DNA from: an uncultured Bacteroidota bacterium
GTDB taxonomy: Bacteria; Bacteroidota; Bacteroidia; Flavobacteriales; Flavobacteriaceae
Assembly: GCA_902594485.1 (NCBI GenBank)
Contig: CACJMJ010000001.1
Span: forward strand, 6,574 to 70,573
DNA length: 64,000 nucleotides
Direction: 5' to 3'
Shown: in pieces, positions 44,700 through 54,868 of the stretch
Position numbering within the stretch: position 1 is the first letter of the stretch
How the letters are laid out: the number at the start of each line of letters is the position of its first letter
The notes under the pieces: generated by a model
Databases searched by the model: none
What the model was told of the DNA's origin: nothing
Seen by the model: only the letters and a program-made list of their open reading frames with translations
Program-made: the position numbers and the translations under genes

Positions 44700-44712
44700 T
44701 ATATACTTTTAT

Positions 44713-45456
44713 ATGGATAAACAAGTAGAGATTTACGGCATTAGATCTATTATAGAGGCAATTGAGTCATCAAAAGAGGTGTCAAGAGTATATCTACTTA
44801 AATCAGATTCACATCAAAGCAGTTTATTTAGGTCATTAGTTAGATTATTAGAAAATAATAATATTAAATACTCATTTGTTCCTAAGGAGAAATTTAAAAA
44901 GTATATCAATAAAAATCATCAAGGAGCAGTAGCAATATTATCTCCAATCAAATTATTATCAATTGAAGAGCTAGTATCAACTACATTTGACAATAAATCC
45001 CCAAAAACATATTTATTACTGGATGGAGTAACTGATACAAGAAACTTTGGAGCTATTATCAGAACAGCTGTCGCAGCAAATGTAGATGGAATAATTATTC
45101 CTCAAAACAATTCTGCACCAGTAAACTCTGATGTAGTTAAGACATCATCAGGAGGAGTATTTAAAATACCAATTGCAAGGGTTAACAATATAAAAGATGC
45201 TATTCTACATTTAAGCTCTCTAGAAATTGATATTATAAGTCTGTCTGAAAAGGGAGAGGACACAATATACAGTTCAAATTTTAAAAAATCTGTTGCTATC
45301 ATTATGGGTTCAGAGGAAAAGGGTATATCTAAAAGTATTTTAAAGCTATCAAATAATATTTTAAAAGTACCCATAAGCTCAAAGATTGATTCACTTAATG
45401 TTTCTGTTGCTTTTTCAGCAGTTGTATTTGAGATCATTAGGCAAAGAAATTTTTAA
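44713..45456 (+). CDS. rlmB: SpoU/TrmH-family rRNA 2'-O-methyltransferase (RlmB-like)
   Basis: It has an N-terminal SpoU substrate-binding region and SpoU methylase motifs (DGVTDTRNFGAIIRTA, IIMGSEEKGIS, LNVSVA). Confidence 0.82.
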   Translation: MDKQVEIYGIRSIIEAIESSKEVSRVYLLKSDSHQSSLFRSLVRLLENNNIKYSFVPKEKFKKYINKNHQGAVAILSPIKLLSIEELVSTTFDNKSPKTYLLLDGVTDTRNFGAIIRTAVAANVDGIIIPQNNSAPVNSDVVKTSSGGVFKIPIARVNNIKDAILHLSSLEIDIISLSEKGEDTIYSSNFKKSVAIIMGSEEKGISKSILKLSNNILKVPISSKIDSLNVSVAFSAVVFEIIRQRNF

Positions 45457-45488
45457 GCTAAAAACTGTAATTTAGTAAAAAATTAAAG

Positions 45489-47999
45489 TTGTCTACTAAT
45501 AAAATAATTTACTTAATCCTATTTTTTTTAATTTTAAATGGCTGTAGTTCTAATATTTACGATGGACTTGAAGAAACAGTGCTTACAGATAATACTTTTA
45601 TTGTTAATGATACAATTGTCAAAAGAAACCCAGTAAAATTATTAATTGACCCACCTACCCCATCTAATAAATTTCTAGGATATCCTATTGGATTGTACAT
45701 TTACAACTTATCGAGTGATAATCCTGATGAAAAGTTTGATTTATGGCTTAATAAAAAGCCTAAAAGGTATACTAGATTATCAAAAATACTATCAGATAAA
45801 CAAGTTAAACAACTTAAAAAGTATAATAATTCATTTAATGAATTTTTAAAAAGTTTAGGTCAAGAACCATTTAGGCTCAGTGAAACAGATGTTAATAATA
45901 ATATATCTAGGTTAAAACAGTTTTATAATAATGAAGGTTATTTTGATTCAAAGGTTAATGTTGATACTATCATTGAAGGTAAAAAGGCTAATCTTCAGTA
46001 TAAAGTAAAAACTAATACCAGATACTTAATTGATTCAATTTCATTGAAATTTAAATCTAGAGATATAGATTCACTCTATAAAATTTCAAAAGATGCAAGC
46101 CTAGTAAAAAAAGATGAATATTTTTCTATTAATAAATTATTACTTGAGAGAGATAGGCTAATATCATTATTTAAAAATAATGGTATACATGATTTTCAAC
46201 AAAGAAGTATAAATTTTAATGTTTTAATTGATAGTACAGGTAATAAAAAGAAAATTCCGTTAATATTATCAATAAACAATAAAGATGAGGAGAGTGAATA
46301 TAGCGTTAAGAATATTAATGATATAAAAATTTATGTTGAATCACTTGATGAACTTTCAAATATAAGTTCATATACTGACTCTCTTAATTTCAATGGTATT
46401 AAAATATTCTCAAAGGGTAAACTCAATTATTCTCCAAGATCAATAACTGAACCTGTATTTTTTAAAAAAAGTCAAAAATTTATTGAGAATGATAAACTTT
46501 TAACTTCTAGATACTTCTCTAATTTAGGAGCATTTAAATATCCCAGAATTATAATTGAAGAGGAAATGGATTCTTTGAATACCTTAATATATCTATTACC
46601 AAGAGACAGATTTAGTTTAGGTTTTGATTTAGATTTTACTCATTCAAATATTGAAGATTTTGGAATATCATTCGGGACAAATTTTAATATTAGGAATATA
46701 TTTAGAGGCACAGAAAATCTCTCAGTTAATCTAAATAATAGCATTGGAGCCTCTAAAGATATTGGAGATCCTGATGATTCATTTTTTAATCTTTTTGAAT
46801 TAGGAGGTAATCTTAATCTAAGAATTCCGAGAGCAATACTTCCCTTTAGGTCATATAAATTAATTAGAAAGGAAATGAATCCTGCTACAAATATAATTAT
46901 AGGTTCAACTGTTCAAAAAAATATCGGTTTGGACAAACAATACTATTCAGGAATATATGAGGTTAATTGGAATCCATCTAGATACTCCAAAATAAATTTT
47001 AAACTTCTTGATTTTGAGTATGTGAATAATCAAAATGTATCTAATTATTTCAATGTTTATAAAAATTCCTACGATAAGCTTAATTATATTTCATCAATCT
47101 ATAATCTTGATCAATCAACACTTAATCAAGATGGAGATCTTACAATTCCTGAAGGCTCAGAAATTTTTATTTCACAAGTTCTTAATAACGAAACAACCTT
47201 AGATTCAGGTACAGATTTTTATAAAAATGTAAATTCTATTTTAGAGAGAAAGGATAGGTTAACAGAGAATAATTTAATAGTTGGTTCTTCAATTACAATT
47301 AACCGAAATACTCAAGAAAATTTCTTAGATGAGAATTTTTCTAGATTGAGATTAAAGTTTGAAATGGTAGGGAATGTCTTTAATGAAGTGCTTAGAGGAA
47401 GAAACCTAAATTTGGATAATAAAGTTGAAATTTCTGATATTTTACCCTCTCAATACACAAAAGCTGAGGTTAATTATATCAAACATATTTTATTAAATAA
47501 CGGAAATATCTTTGCTCTTAGGGCTTTCACTGGTATTGCAATACCATATGGAAACTCAGATTACATACCTTTCACAAGATCATATTATGCAGGGGGTTCT
47601 AATGATAATAGAGCATGGAAAGCATATAAACTAGGACCAGGAAGCAGCAATAATATAAATGAATTTAATGAAGCTAATTTTAAAATTTCTTTAAATTTTG
47701 AATATAGAAATAAAATTTCAGGAAAGCTCAATGGTGCCTACTTTATTGATATTGGTAATATATGGAACATTAGTGATAATACTGATGATGACTCTATGAC
47801 TTTTAACAATTTTTCTGATTTGAGTGAATTAGCTATTGGGACTGGTATTGGGTTAAGATATGATTTTAACTTTTTTGTTTTAAGATTAGATACTGCCTTT
47901 AAAACATATAATCCAGCTAAAGACAAAAGTAATAGATGGTTTAGTGATTTTAGTTTAAATAAAGCGGTATTTAATATTGGTATTAATTACCCATTTTAG
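45489..47999 (+). CDS. BamA/TamA-family outer-membrane protein, lipoprotein form (TamL-like)
   Basis: The lipobox is ILNGC. POTRA-like repeats are followed by an Omp85 barrel (GGSNDNRAWKAY, GIGLRYDFNFFVLRLD, ending in ...NYPF). The TTG start is forced by an in-frame TAA at 45459. Confidence 0.68.
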   Translation: MSTNKIIYLILFFLILNGCSSNIYDGLEETVLTDNTFIVNDTIVKRNPVKLLIDPPTPSNKFLGYPIGLYIYNLSSDNPDEKFDLWLNKKPKRYTRLSKILSDKQVKQLKKYNNSFNEFLKSLGQEPFRLSETDVNNNISRLKQFYNNEGYFDSKVNVDTIIEGKKANLQYKVKTNTRYLIDSISLKFKSRDIDSLYKISKDASLVKKDEYFSINKLLLERDRLISLFKNNGIHDFQQRSINFNVLIDSTGNKKKIPLILSINNKDEESEYSVKNINDIKIYVESLDELSNISSYTDSLNFNGIKIFSKGKLNYSPRSITEPVFFKKSQKFIENDKLLTSRYFSNLGAFKYPRIIIEEEMDSLNTLIYLLPRDRFSLGFDLDFTHSNIEDFGISFGTNFNIRNIFRGTENLSVNLNNSIGASKDIGDPDDSFFNLFELGGNLNLRIPRAILPFRSYKLIRKEMNPATNIIIGSTVQKNIGLDKQYYSGIYEVNWNPSRYSKINFKLLDFEYVNNQNVSNYFNVYKNSYDKLNYISSIYNLDQSTLNQDGDLTIPEGSEIFISQVLNNETTLDSGTDFYKNVNSILERKDRLTENNLIVGSSITINRNTQENFLDENFSRLRLKFEMVGNVFNEVLRGRNLNLDNKVEISDILPSQYTKAEVNYIKHILLNNGNIFALRAFTGIAIPYGNSDYIPFTRSYYAGGSNDNRAWKAYKLGPGSSNNINEFNEANFKISLNFEYRNKISGKLNGAYFIDIGNIWNISDNTDDDSMTFNNFSDLSELAIGTGIGLRYDFNFFVLRLDTAFKTYNPAKDKSNRWFSDFSLNKAVFNIGINYPF

Positions 48000-48011
48000 A
48001 AATAAGTTTAA

Positions 48012-48019
48012 TATTTTTG
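48012..48019 (+). promoter_or_regulatory. Candidate -7 promoter box (TATTTTTG) upstream of fbaA-accD
   Basis: This is an exact TAnnTTTG match 23 nt upstream of the TTG start at 48043. Confidence 0.4.
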
Positions 48020-48042
48020 ACAAAAATTAAAAATTATTTATT

Positions 48043-49101
48043 TTGAGAGATAACTTTATTTTCGGGGAAAAAAATCAACAATTATTTAGTTTAGCAAAAG
48101 AAAGGAAATTTGCTCTTCCAGCGATTAATGTTTCTGGAACAAATACAATAAATTCTGTACTTGAGACTGCTTCTGAACTTAACAGTCCAGTTATAATTCA
48201 ATTTTCTAGTGGTGGCTCTCAATTTATCGCTGGTAAAGGAATGCCAAATAATGGTTTTAATTCTTCAATTTCAGGGTCAATTGCCGGTGCATACCACATT
48301 CATAAAACTATCGATAATTATGGTGCTAAAGTTATAATTCATACTGATCACTGTTCTAAAAAACTTCTTCCATGGATAGATGGACTTTTAGAATATGGAA
48401 AAGACTTTTACAAGAAGAATAAATTTCCATTATTTTCCTCTCATATGATTGATCTTTCTGAGGAACCTCTTGAGGAGAATATTGCTATTTGCAAGGAATA
48501 TCTCAAAAGATTAAGTGATCTTGACATGACCCTAGAAATTGAGCTAGGAGTTACAGGAGGAGAAGAGGATGGTGTTGATAACACTGACATTGACTCATCA
48601 AAATTATATACACAACCCGATGAAGTAGCCTATGCTTACTCAGAACTTATTTCTGTTAGTGATAAATTCATGATTGCTGCAGCATTTGGTAATGTTCATG
48701 GTGTATATAAACCAGGGAATGTAAAGTTAACTCCTAAAATTCTTAAAAATTCTCAAGAATATGTTTCAAAGAAATTTAATCTTCCTGAAAACACTTTGAA
48801 CTTTGTTTTTCATGGTGGATCAGGTTCATCTGTAGAAGAGATAAGGGAGGCAATAAGCTATGGAGTAATAAAGATGAACATTGATACTGATCTTCAATTT
48901 GCTTTTTCAGAAGGAGTTAGAGATTATATGATTGATAAAAAAGACTACTTAATGACTCAGATAGGAAATCCTGATGGTAGTGAAAACCCTAATAAAAAAT
49001 TTTATGACCCAAGAGTGTGGTTAAGAAAAGGGGAAGAGACATTTAAATCCCGATTGATAAAAGCTTTTGAAGACTTAAATAATATCAATACCTTAGATTA
49101 A
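48043..49101 (+). CDS. fbaA: Class II fructose-bisphosphate aldolase
   Basis: The sequence [21 protein letters not shown]...[17 protein letters not shown] aligns with E. coli FbaA. The motifs HTDHC and FVFHGGSGS are present. The TTG start is forced by a TAA at 48028. Confidence 0.92.
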   Translation: MRDNFIFGEKNQQLFSLAKERKFALPAINVSGTNTINSVLETASELNSPVIIQFSSGGSQFIAGKGMPNNGFNSSISGSIAGAYHIHKTIDNYGAKVIIHTDHCSKKLLPWIDGLLEYGKDFYKKNKFPLFSSHMIDLSEEPLEENIAICKEYLKRLSDLDMTLEIELGVTGGEEDGVDNTDIDSSKLYTQPDEVAYAYSELISVSDKFMIAAAFGNVHGVYKPGNVKLTPKILKNSQEYVSKKFNLPENTLNFVFHGGSGSSVEEIREAISYGVIKMNIDTDLQFAFSEGVRDYMIDKKDYLMTQIGNPDGSENPNKKFYDPRVWLRKGEETFKSRLIKAFEDLNNINTLD

Positions 49102-49112
49102 AGTCCACATAT

Positions 49113-49973
49113 ATGAGTTGGTTTAAAAGAACAAACAAGAATATAAATACTAAAACTGAGGAGAAAAGAGATATACCTGCAGGACTTTGGTATAAGACTC
49201 CCACTGGAAAAATTATTGAGACAAAGGAATTAGCAGAAAATATGTATGTGAGTCCTGAGGATGACTACCATGTACATATAGGAAGTAGAGAATATTTTGA
49301 AATTCTTTTCGATAATAAATTTAAGGAGATTGGAGCAAAAATATCCCCCGTAGATTTTTTAAAGTTTCAAGATCAAAAAAAATATTCGGATAGGCTTAAA
49401 GATGCCCAAAATAAAACCAATTTAAAAGATGCAATTAGGATTGGTTATGGTAAGTCCTATGGGAAAGAGATTGTGATTGCATGTATGGACTTTAAATTTA
49501 TTGGCGGGTCAATGGGATCAGTAGTGGGTGAAAAAATTTCTTTATCTATTGATTATGCAATAAAAAAGAAGTATCCACTAGTTATAATTTCAAAGTCAGG
49601 TGGTGCAAGGATGATGGAATCTGCAACCTCATTAATGCAAATGGCAAAGACTTCTGCAAAATTAAATGATCTTTCAGAGGCAGGTATTCCATACATCTCA
49701 TTATGTACTGATCCAACTACTGGAGGGACTACTGCATCTTTTGCAATGCTTGGAGATATTAATATAGCTGAACCAAAAGCACTAATAGCATTCGCTGGAC
49801 CAAGAGTTGTAAAAGACACCACTGGGCAAGACCTACCTGATGGATTTCAAAAGAGTGAATTTCTTCTTGAAAAAGGATTTCTTGATTTTATAAGTCATAG
49901 AAAAGAGTTGAAGAAAAAAATCAATCTTTACATTGATTTAATTCAAAATAATACTCTTCGTAAATATGATTAA
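49113..49973 (+). CDS. accD: Acetyl-CoA carboxylase carboxyltransferase beta subunit
   Basis: The N-terminus MSWFKR... and the CT-beta core are present ([35 protein letters not shown]). The N-terminal zinc-ribbon cysteines are absent. Confidence 0.92.
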   Translation: MSWFKRTNKNINTKTEEKRDIPAGLWYKTPTGKIIETKELAENMYVSPEDDYHVHIGSREYFEILFDNKFKEIGAKISPVDFLKFQDQKKYSDRLKDAQNKTNLKDAIRIGYGKSYGKEIVIACMDFKFIGGSMGSVVGEKISLSIDYAIKKKYPLVIISKSGGARMMESATSLMQMAKTSAKLNDLSEAGIPYISLCTDPTTGGTTASFAMLGDINIAEPKALIAFAGPRVVKDTTGQDLPDGFQKSEFLLEKGFLDFISHRKELKKKINLYIDLIQNNTLRKYD

Positions 49974-50000
49974 ATAATTTAATTTCTAAATATATTCTAG

Positions 50001-50008
50001 TATATTTG
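50001..50008 (+). promoter_or_regulatory. Candidate -7 promoter box (TATATTTG) upstream of rpsO
   Basis: This is an exact TAnnTTTG match followed by a G/C-rich CGGCTC. It lies 18 nt upstream of the rpsO ATG. Confidence 0.5.
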
Positions 50009-50026
50009 CGGCTCAAAAATAATTGA

Positions 50027-50290
50027 ATGACAGTACTTAAGAAAGAAGATATTTTTAAAGAATTTGGTAAAAGCAAGAAAGATACTGGTTCTTCTGAAAG
50101 CCAGATTGCACTTTTTACTAAAAGAATTGAAAGCTTATCAAACCATTTGAAATCAAACGCAAAAGATTTTAATACAGAAAAATCACTTGTAAAAATGGTG
50201 GGTAAAAGGAGAAACTTACTTGAGTATTTAAAGAAAACAGATATTCAAAGATATCGTGATATAATAAAAAAATTAGGTATCAGAAAATAG
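50027..50290 (+). CDS. rpsO: 30S ribosomal protein S15
   Basis: It is 87 aa with an S15 signature (GSSESQIALFTKRIESLSNHLKSN, VGKRRNLLEYL). It lies upstream of pnp, as in most bacteria. Confidence 0.95.
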   Translation: MTVLKKEDIFKEFGKSKKDTGSSESQIALFTKRIESLSNHLKSNAKDFNTEKSLVKMVGKRRNLLEYLKKTDIQRYRDIIKKLGIRK

Positions 50291-50347
50291 CATTTTTAGT
50301 TTGGTTGTCTTCATTACACACAACAAAAATATAACCAATACTAAAAT

Positions 50348-52456
50348 ATGAATCCAAAACCTTTAACACAAATTATAAAATTATCAGATGGTAGAGAAAT
50401 TTCTATTGAAACTGGTAAACTTGCAAAGCAAGCTCATGGATCAGTAGTAATTAGAATGGGAGATTGTATGCTCTTGTCTACTGTTGTTTCAAGCTATGGT
50501 GCTTCATCTCTAGATTTTTTACCTCTAACAGTTGATTATAGAGAAAAATTTGCTTCAGCTGGAAGATTTCCTGGTGGATTTTTTAAAAGAGAAGCTAGAC
50601 CTAGTAGCGAAGAAATACTTACTATGAGGATAGTTGATAGAGTTCTACGTCCATTATTTCCAAAGGACTACCATTCAGAAACTCAAGTTATGATTCAACT
50701 TATGTCCAATGATGAGAATGTAATGCCTGATGCTCTTGTTGGTTTAGCTGCCTCAGCAGCAATCTCATTATCTGACATTCCATTTGATGGTCCAATCTCT
50801 GAGGTTAGAGTTGCAAGAATTGAAGGAAATTTTATAATAAATCCTTCTAGAATTCAATTAGAAGAATCTGATATTGATATAATGGTTGGAGCTACTGAGG
50901 ACTCTGTTGTTATGGTTGAGGGAGAATTTGATGAAATCTCTGAAGAAGAAATGACTGATGCAATAAGATATGCTCATGATGAAATCAAAAGACAAATTGA
51001 TGCACAAAAAGAACTTATTAAACAAGCTGGTATTAGTTCAGAAAAGAGGGAATACGATGAAGCAGAAGAAGATCAGGATTTAGAAGCTGAAATCTTGGAT
51101 AAAATTTATCAAAAATCATATGATATTGCTAAGAAGGGACTTTCAAAAAATGAAAGAAGCGAATCTTTTGGTTCATTGAAAGAAGAACTGATAGACTCAT
51201 ATGATGATGAGATTATTGAAGAAAAGAAAGACTTGATTGTAAAATACTTTAACAAAGCACAGAAAAAAGCTATTAGAGATCTAGTTCTAAATGAAGGTAC
51301 TAGGCTAGATGGAAGAAAAACAGAAGATATAAGAGATATTTGGACAGAAGTTGGATACCTACCTTCTACTCATGGATCTGCAGTTTTTACAAGAGGTGAG
51401 ACTCAGTCTCTTGCATCTCTAACATTAGGAACAAGTAGAGAAGTAAACGTAATTGATATGCCTACAAATCAGTCAGAAGAAAGCTTCTATTTACATTATA
51501 ACTTTCCCCCTTTTTCAACAGGAGAAGCTAGACCTCTTAGAGGAACATCTAGAAGAGAAATTGGCCATGGAATGTTGGCACAACGTGCCCTTAAAAAGGT
51601 AATGCCAGATGATTGTCCGTACACAGTTAGAATTGTATCTGAAATTTTAGAATCTAATGGATCATCTTCAATGGCATCTGTTTGTGCAGGATCACTTGCT
51701 CTGATGGATGCAGGTATAAATATTAAAAGTAATGTTTCTGGTATAGCGATGGGACTTATTAGTGAAGGTGATAAATATGCTGTACTTTCAGACATTCTTG
51801 GAGATGAAGATCACCTTGGAGATATGGACTTTAAAGTTACTGGAACTAGAGAGGGTATAACTGCATGTCAAATGGATATTAAAATTAAGGGATTAAAATA
51901 TGAAATTCTTGTAGAAGCATTAAATCAAGCAAAAAAGGGTAGACTTCATATTCTTGATAAACTTGACAGTTCACTTGATAAACCAAACGAAACTGTAAAA
52001 CCTCACGCACCGAAAATGGTTACTATGGAAATAGCTAAGGACTTTATTGGTATGGTTATTGGGCCAGGTGGTAAAAACATACAAGAACTTCAAAAGGAGT
52101 CTGATACAACAATTGTAATTAACGAAAAAGATGAAGTTGGTGTAATTGAAATACTTGGTGTTGATCAGGAAAAAATTGATAACGCTATTGAAAGAATTAG
52201 AAATTTAGTTTTTGAGCCAGTAATAGATGAAGTATACAAAGTAAACGTTGTTAAAATACTTGATTTTGGAGCAGTTGTTGAGTTTGTTCCAGGTAAAGAA
52301 GCTCTGCTACATGTTTCAGAAATAGCATGGGAAAGAGTTGAAAAAGTAACTGATTATATAAATCTAGGTGATCAAATTGAGGTTAAATACCTGGGGATTG
52401 ACAAAAGAACTAGAAAACAAAAAATTTCAAGAAAAGTTTTATTAGAAAAAAAATAA
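50348..52456 (+). CDS. pnp: Polyribonucleotide nucleotidyltransferase (PNPase)
   Basis: It has two RNase PH domains ([15 protein letters not shown]), a KH domain ([11 protein letters not shown]) and a C-terminal S1 domain. Confidence 0.97.
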   Translation: MNPKPLTQIIKLSDGREISIETGKLAKQAHGSVVIRMGDCMLLSTVVSSYGASSLDFLPLTVDYREKFASAGRFPGGFFKREARPSSEEILTMRIVDRVLRPLFPKDYHSETQVMIQLMSNDENVMPDALVGLAASAAISLSDIPFDGPISEVRVARIEGNFIINPSRIQLEESDIDIMVGATEDSVVMVEGEFDEISEEEMTDAIRYAHDEIKRQIDAQKELIKQAGISSEKREYDEAEEDQDLEAEILDKIYQKSYDIAKKGLSKNERSESFGSLKEELIDSYDDEIIEEKKDLIVKYFNKAQKKAIRDLVLNEGTRLDGRKTEDIRDIWTEVGYLPSTHGSAVFTRGETQSLASLTLGTSREVNVIDMPTNQSEESFYLHYNFPPFSTGEARPLRGTSRREIGHGMLAQRALKKVMPDDCPYTVRIVSEILESNGSSSMASVCAGSLALMDAGINIKSNVSGIAMGLISEGDKYAVLSDILGDEDHLGDMDFKVTGTREGITACQMDIKIKGLKYEILVEALNQAKKGRLHILDKLDSSLDKPNETVKPHAPKMVTMEIAKDFIGMVIGPGGKNIQELQKESDTTIVINEKDEVGVIEILGVDQEKIDNAIERIRNLVFEPVIDEVYKVNVVKILDFGAVVEFVPGKEALLHVSEIAWERVEKVTDYINLGDQIEVKYLGIDKRTRKQKISRKVLLEKK

Positions 52457-52499
52457 TTTTTTTTCACTTTGGAACAATTTTTGTGGCATTTATTAGTCT

Positions 52500-53363
52500 A
52501 TGAGACAATTAAAAATAACAAAACAGGTAACTAATAGGGAGACAGCGTCTCTTGATAAATATCTTCAAGAAATTGGTAAAGTTGACTTAATTACTGCAGA
52601 GGAAGAGGTTGAGTTAGCTCAGCGAATTAAAAAAGGCGATCAATTTGCTCTTGAAAAATTAACAAAAGCTAACCTAAGATTTGTTGTCTCTGTTGCTAAA
52701 CAATATCAAAATCAAGGCTTGACATTACCTGACCTTATTAATGAGGGTAACCTTGGCTTAATTAAAGCAGCTCAAAGATTTGATGAAACAAGAGGTTTTA
52801 AATTTATTTCTTACGCAGTCTGGTGGATTAGACAGTCTATTCTTCAAGCTTTAGCAGAACAATCTAGGATTGTAAGACTACCGCTTAATAAAATTGGCTC
52901 AATAAATAAAATTAATAAGACATATGCATTTCTAGAACAAGCTCATGAACGTGCACCATCTGCAGAAGAAATAGCAAAAGAGCTAGATATGACTGTAAAT
53001 GATGTTAAAGAGTCACTTAAAAACTCTGGTAGGCATGTTTCAATGGATGCTCCTCTAGTTGAAGGTGAAGATTCAAATTTATATGATGTCCTTAATAGTG
53101 GTGAGTCCCCAAATCCTGATAGACAACTTTTACATGAATCTCTGAGGACTGAAATTGAAAGAGCCCTTGACACTCTTACACCTCGTGAAGCAGATGTTGT
53201 AAGACTTTATTTTGGTCTTGGAAATCAGCACGCAATGACTCTTGAGGAAATAGGTGAAACTTTTGATCTGACTAGGGAAAGAGTTAGACAGATTAAAGAA
53301 AAGGCTATAAGAAGATTGAAGCATACCTCAAGGAGCAAAATACTTAAAACATATCTCGGATAA
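52500..53363 (+). CDS. rpoD: Primary RNA polymerase sigma factor (short Bacteroidota sigma-A)
   Basis: Region 2 is [12 protein letters not shown] and [11 protein letters not shown]. Region 4.2 is [27 protein letters not shown]. At 287 aa it lacks region 1.1, which is typical of Bacteroidota. Confidence 0.94.
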   Translation: MRQLKITKQVTNRETASLDKYLQEIGKVDLITAEEEVELAQRIKKGDQFALEKLTKANLRFVVSVAKQYQNQGLTLPDLINEGNLGLIKAAQRFDETRGFKFISYAVWWIRQSILQALAEQSRIVRLPLNKIGSINKINKTYAFLEQAHERAPSAEEIAKELDMTVNDVKESLKNSGRHVSMDAPLVEGEDSNLYDVLNSGESPNPDRQLLHESLRTEIERALDTLTPREADVVRLYFGLGNQHAMTLEEIGETFDLTRERVRQIKEKAIRRLKHTSRSKILKTYLG

Positions 53364-53445
53364 ACTTTTAGCTGTTAATGTTTATATCTTTTCAAGCTTA
53401 TTTTAATTAGATAATTATATAATTTTACCTTAAATTAAAATTATT

Positions 53446-54090
53446 ATGTCTACAAAAATAGCTCCTTCTATTCTAGCTGCAGATTTTGGTAATCTTTCCA
53501 GGGATTGCGAAATAATCGATAAAAGTAATGCAGATTGGTTCCATCTTGATGTGATGGATGGCTTATTTGTTCCAAATATTTCATTTGGTATGCCAATAGT
53601 AAGCTCAATTAGGAAAATGACAAAAAAGCCTTTAGATGTTCATTTAATGATCATTGAACCCGAAAGATACATCGATAAATTTATTGAGATTGGCTCTGAC
53701 ATATTGACTGTTCATATTGAAGCAACCTCAGAGATGGATGAAATCTTAGATAAAATGAAAGAATCTTCAATTAAGTCAGGAATTGCAATTAATCCCGACA
53801 CTCCAATTAATAAATTAGAGGATTACATTAACAAGGTTGACTTGGTATGTCTGATGGGAGTTCATGCAGGTTTTGGAGGACAGAAATTTATTGAAAAAAC
53901 ATTTGATAGACTAATTGAGCTTAAAAGTCTAATCGATTCAAGAGACTCGTCTGCTGTAGTTGAGATAGATGGAGGTGTAGACAATACAAACAGCAAAAAA
54001 CTTAAATCTTTAGGAGCTGATATCCTAGTTGCCGGAAGTTATATATTTAAATCTTCCGATATAAACAATGCAATTGATTCATTGAAGTAA
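53446..54090 (+). CDS. rpe: Ribulose-phosphate 3-epimerase
   Basis: The motifs are IAPSILAADF, HLDVMDG, DVHLM and GFGGQKF. Confidence 0.92.
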   Translation: MSTKIAPSILAADFGNLSRDCEIIDKSNADWFHLDVMDGLFVPNISFGMPIVSSIRKMTKKPLDVHLMIIEPERYIDKFIEIGSDILTVHIEATSEMDEILDKMKESSIKSGIAINPDTPINKLEDYINKVDLVCLMGVHAGFGGQKFIEKTFDRLIELKSLIDSRDSSAVVEIDGGVDNTNSKKLKSLGADILVAGSYIFKSSDINNAIDSLK

Positions 54091-54121
54091 AGAATTAAAA
54101 TATTATTTTGCACATCTAGGT

Positions 54122-54868
54122 ATGAGACTTCATTTAATTTTTAAAATATTTTTTTTATTAACTGTAATGATTGGTTGCACATCAAATACAAATTATAATG
54201 ATGAGGATTTAAATATTGATAGAGATAATCTTAGTGATACTTTGGTAGTAGAGGATAATCTTAATACTCCGCCTGAAAGCCCATACAGTTTTATAGCTCT
54301 CGGAGATAGCTATACAATTGGGGAGGGAGTAAATGAGGATGAAAGGTGGCCTAATCAATTTGTTGATGTTGCTTATGAGAATGGTGTCGATTTTGATCAA
54401 CCTATGATAATTGCAGAAACGGGATGGAAAACATATGACTTACTTAATGCAATAAACCAAACAAACTTTATTAAAAAATATGATTATATCTCACTTTTAA
54501 TTGGAGTTAACAACCAATTTAATTCTAGACCAATAGATGAATTTGAAGAAGACCTGAATAAGTTGATGGATGAGATGAAAAGAATAAAGAAAAATGATGG
54601 AAGTATAATTATAATTTCTATTCCAGATTGGGGTTATACGCCTTTCGGAGAATCTAGTGACATGAGTGATATATCAGAACAAATTAATCTATTTAATAGT
54701 AGTTTAAGAAAATTCGCAACTACCAATGGTATAAAATATGTTGATGTTACTGAGATCTCAAGAAGAGGGATTAATGAACCTGATCTTATTACTAACGATA
54801 ATTTACATCCCAGTGGAATAATGTATTTAGAATGGGCTAAGAAAATTTATAATATTTGGATAGATTAA
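54122..54868 (+). CDS. SGNH/GDSL-family hydrolase lipoprotein
   Basis: The lipobox is MIGC. Block I is ALGDSYTIGEG, block III is GVNN, and block V is DNLHPS. Confidence 0.75.
   Translation: MRLHLIFKIFFLLTVMIGCTSNTNYNDEDLNIDRDNLSDTLVVEDNLNTPPESPYSFIALGDSYTIGEGVNEDERWPNQFVDVAYENGVDFDQPMIIAETGWKTYDLLNAINQTNFIKKYDYISLLIGVNNQFNSRPIDEFEEDLNKLMDEMKRIKKNDGSIIIISIPDWGYTPFGESSDMSDISEQINLFNSSLRKFATTNGIKYVDVTEISRRGINEPDLITNDNLHPSGIMYLEWAKKIYNIWID

Noticed and set aside
38695-44712. Looked for mobile-element hallmarks around the compositionally distinct SusC/D locus: direct or inverted terminal repeats, an integrase or transposase, or an adjacent tRNA.
   Set aside because: None was found. The borders are an AT-rich leader and an ordinary terminator, so there is no direct evidence for a genomic island.
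45102-45437. A 111-aa ORF antisense to rlmB. Similar antisense or alternative-frame ORFs occur at 10889..11173, 11655..11882, 13908..14417, 49553..49822, 51496..51795, 52943..53324, 57075..58410 and 59028..59294.
   Set aside because: All are nested in genes with strong homology-type motifs on the other strand or frame. None has its own intergenic space, promoter box or recognisable domain.
50291-50347. The rpsO-pnp intergenic region, checked for the regulatory hairpin known from enterobacterial pnp leaders.
   Set aside because: I found only a 5-bp stem (GUUGU/ACAAC) with an 11-nt loop, and the nearest promoter-like box (TTAGTTTG) has a mismatch. There is no convincing structure.
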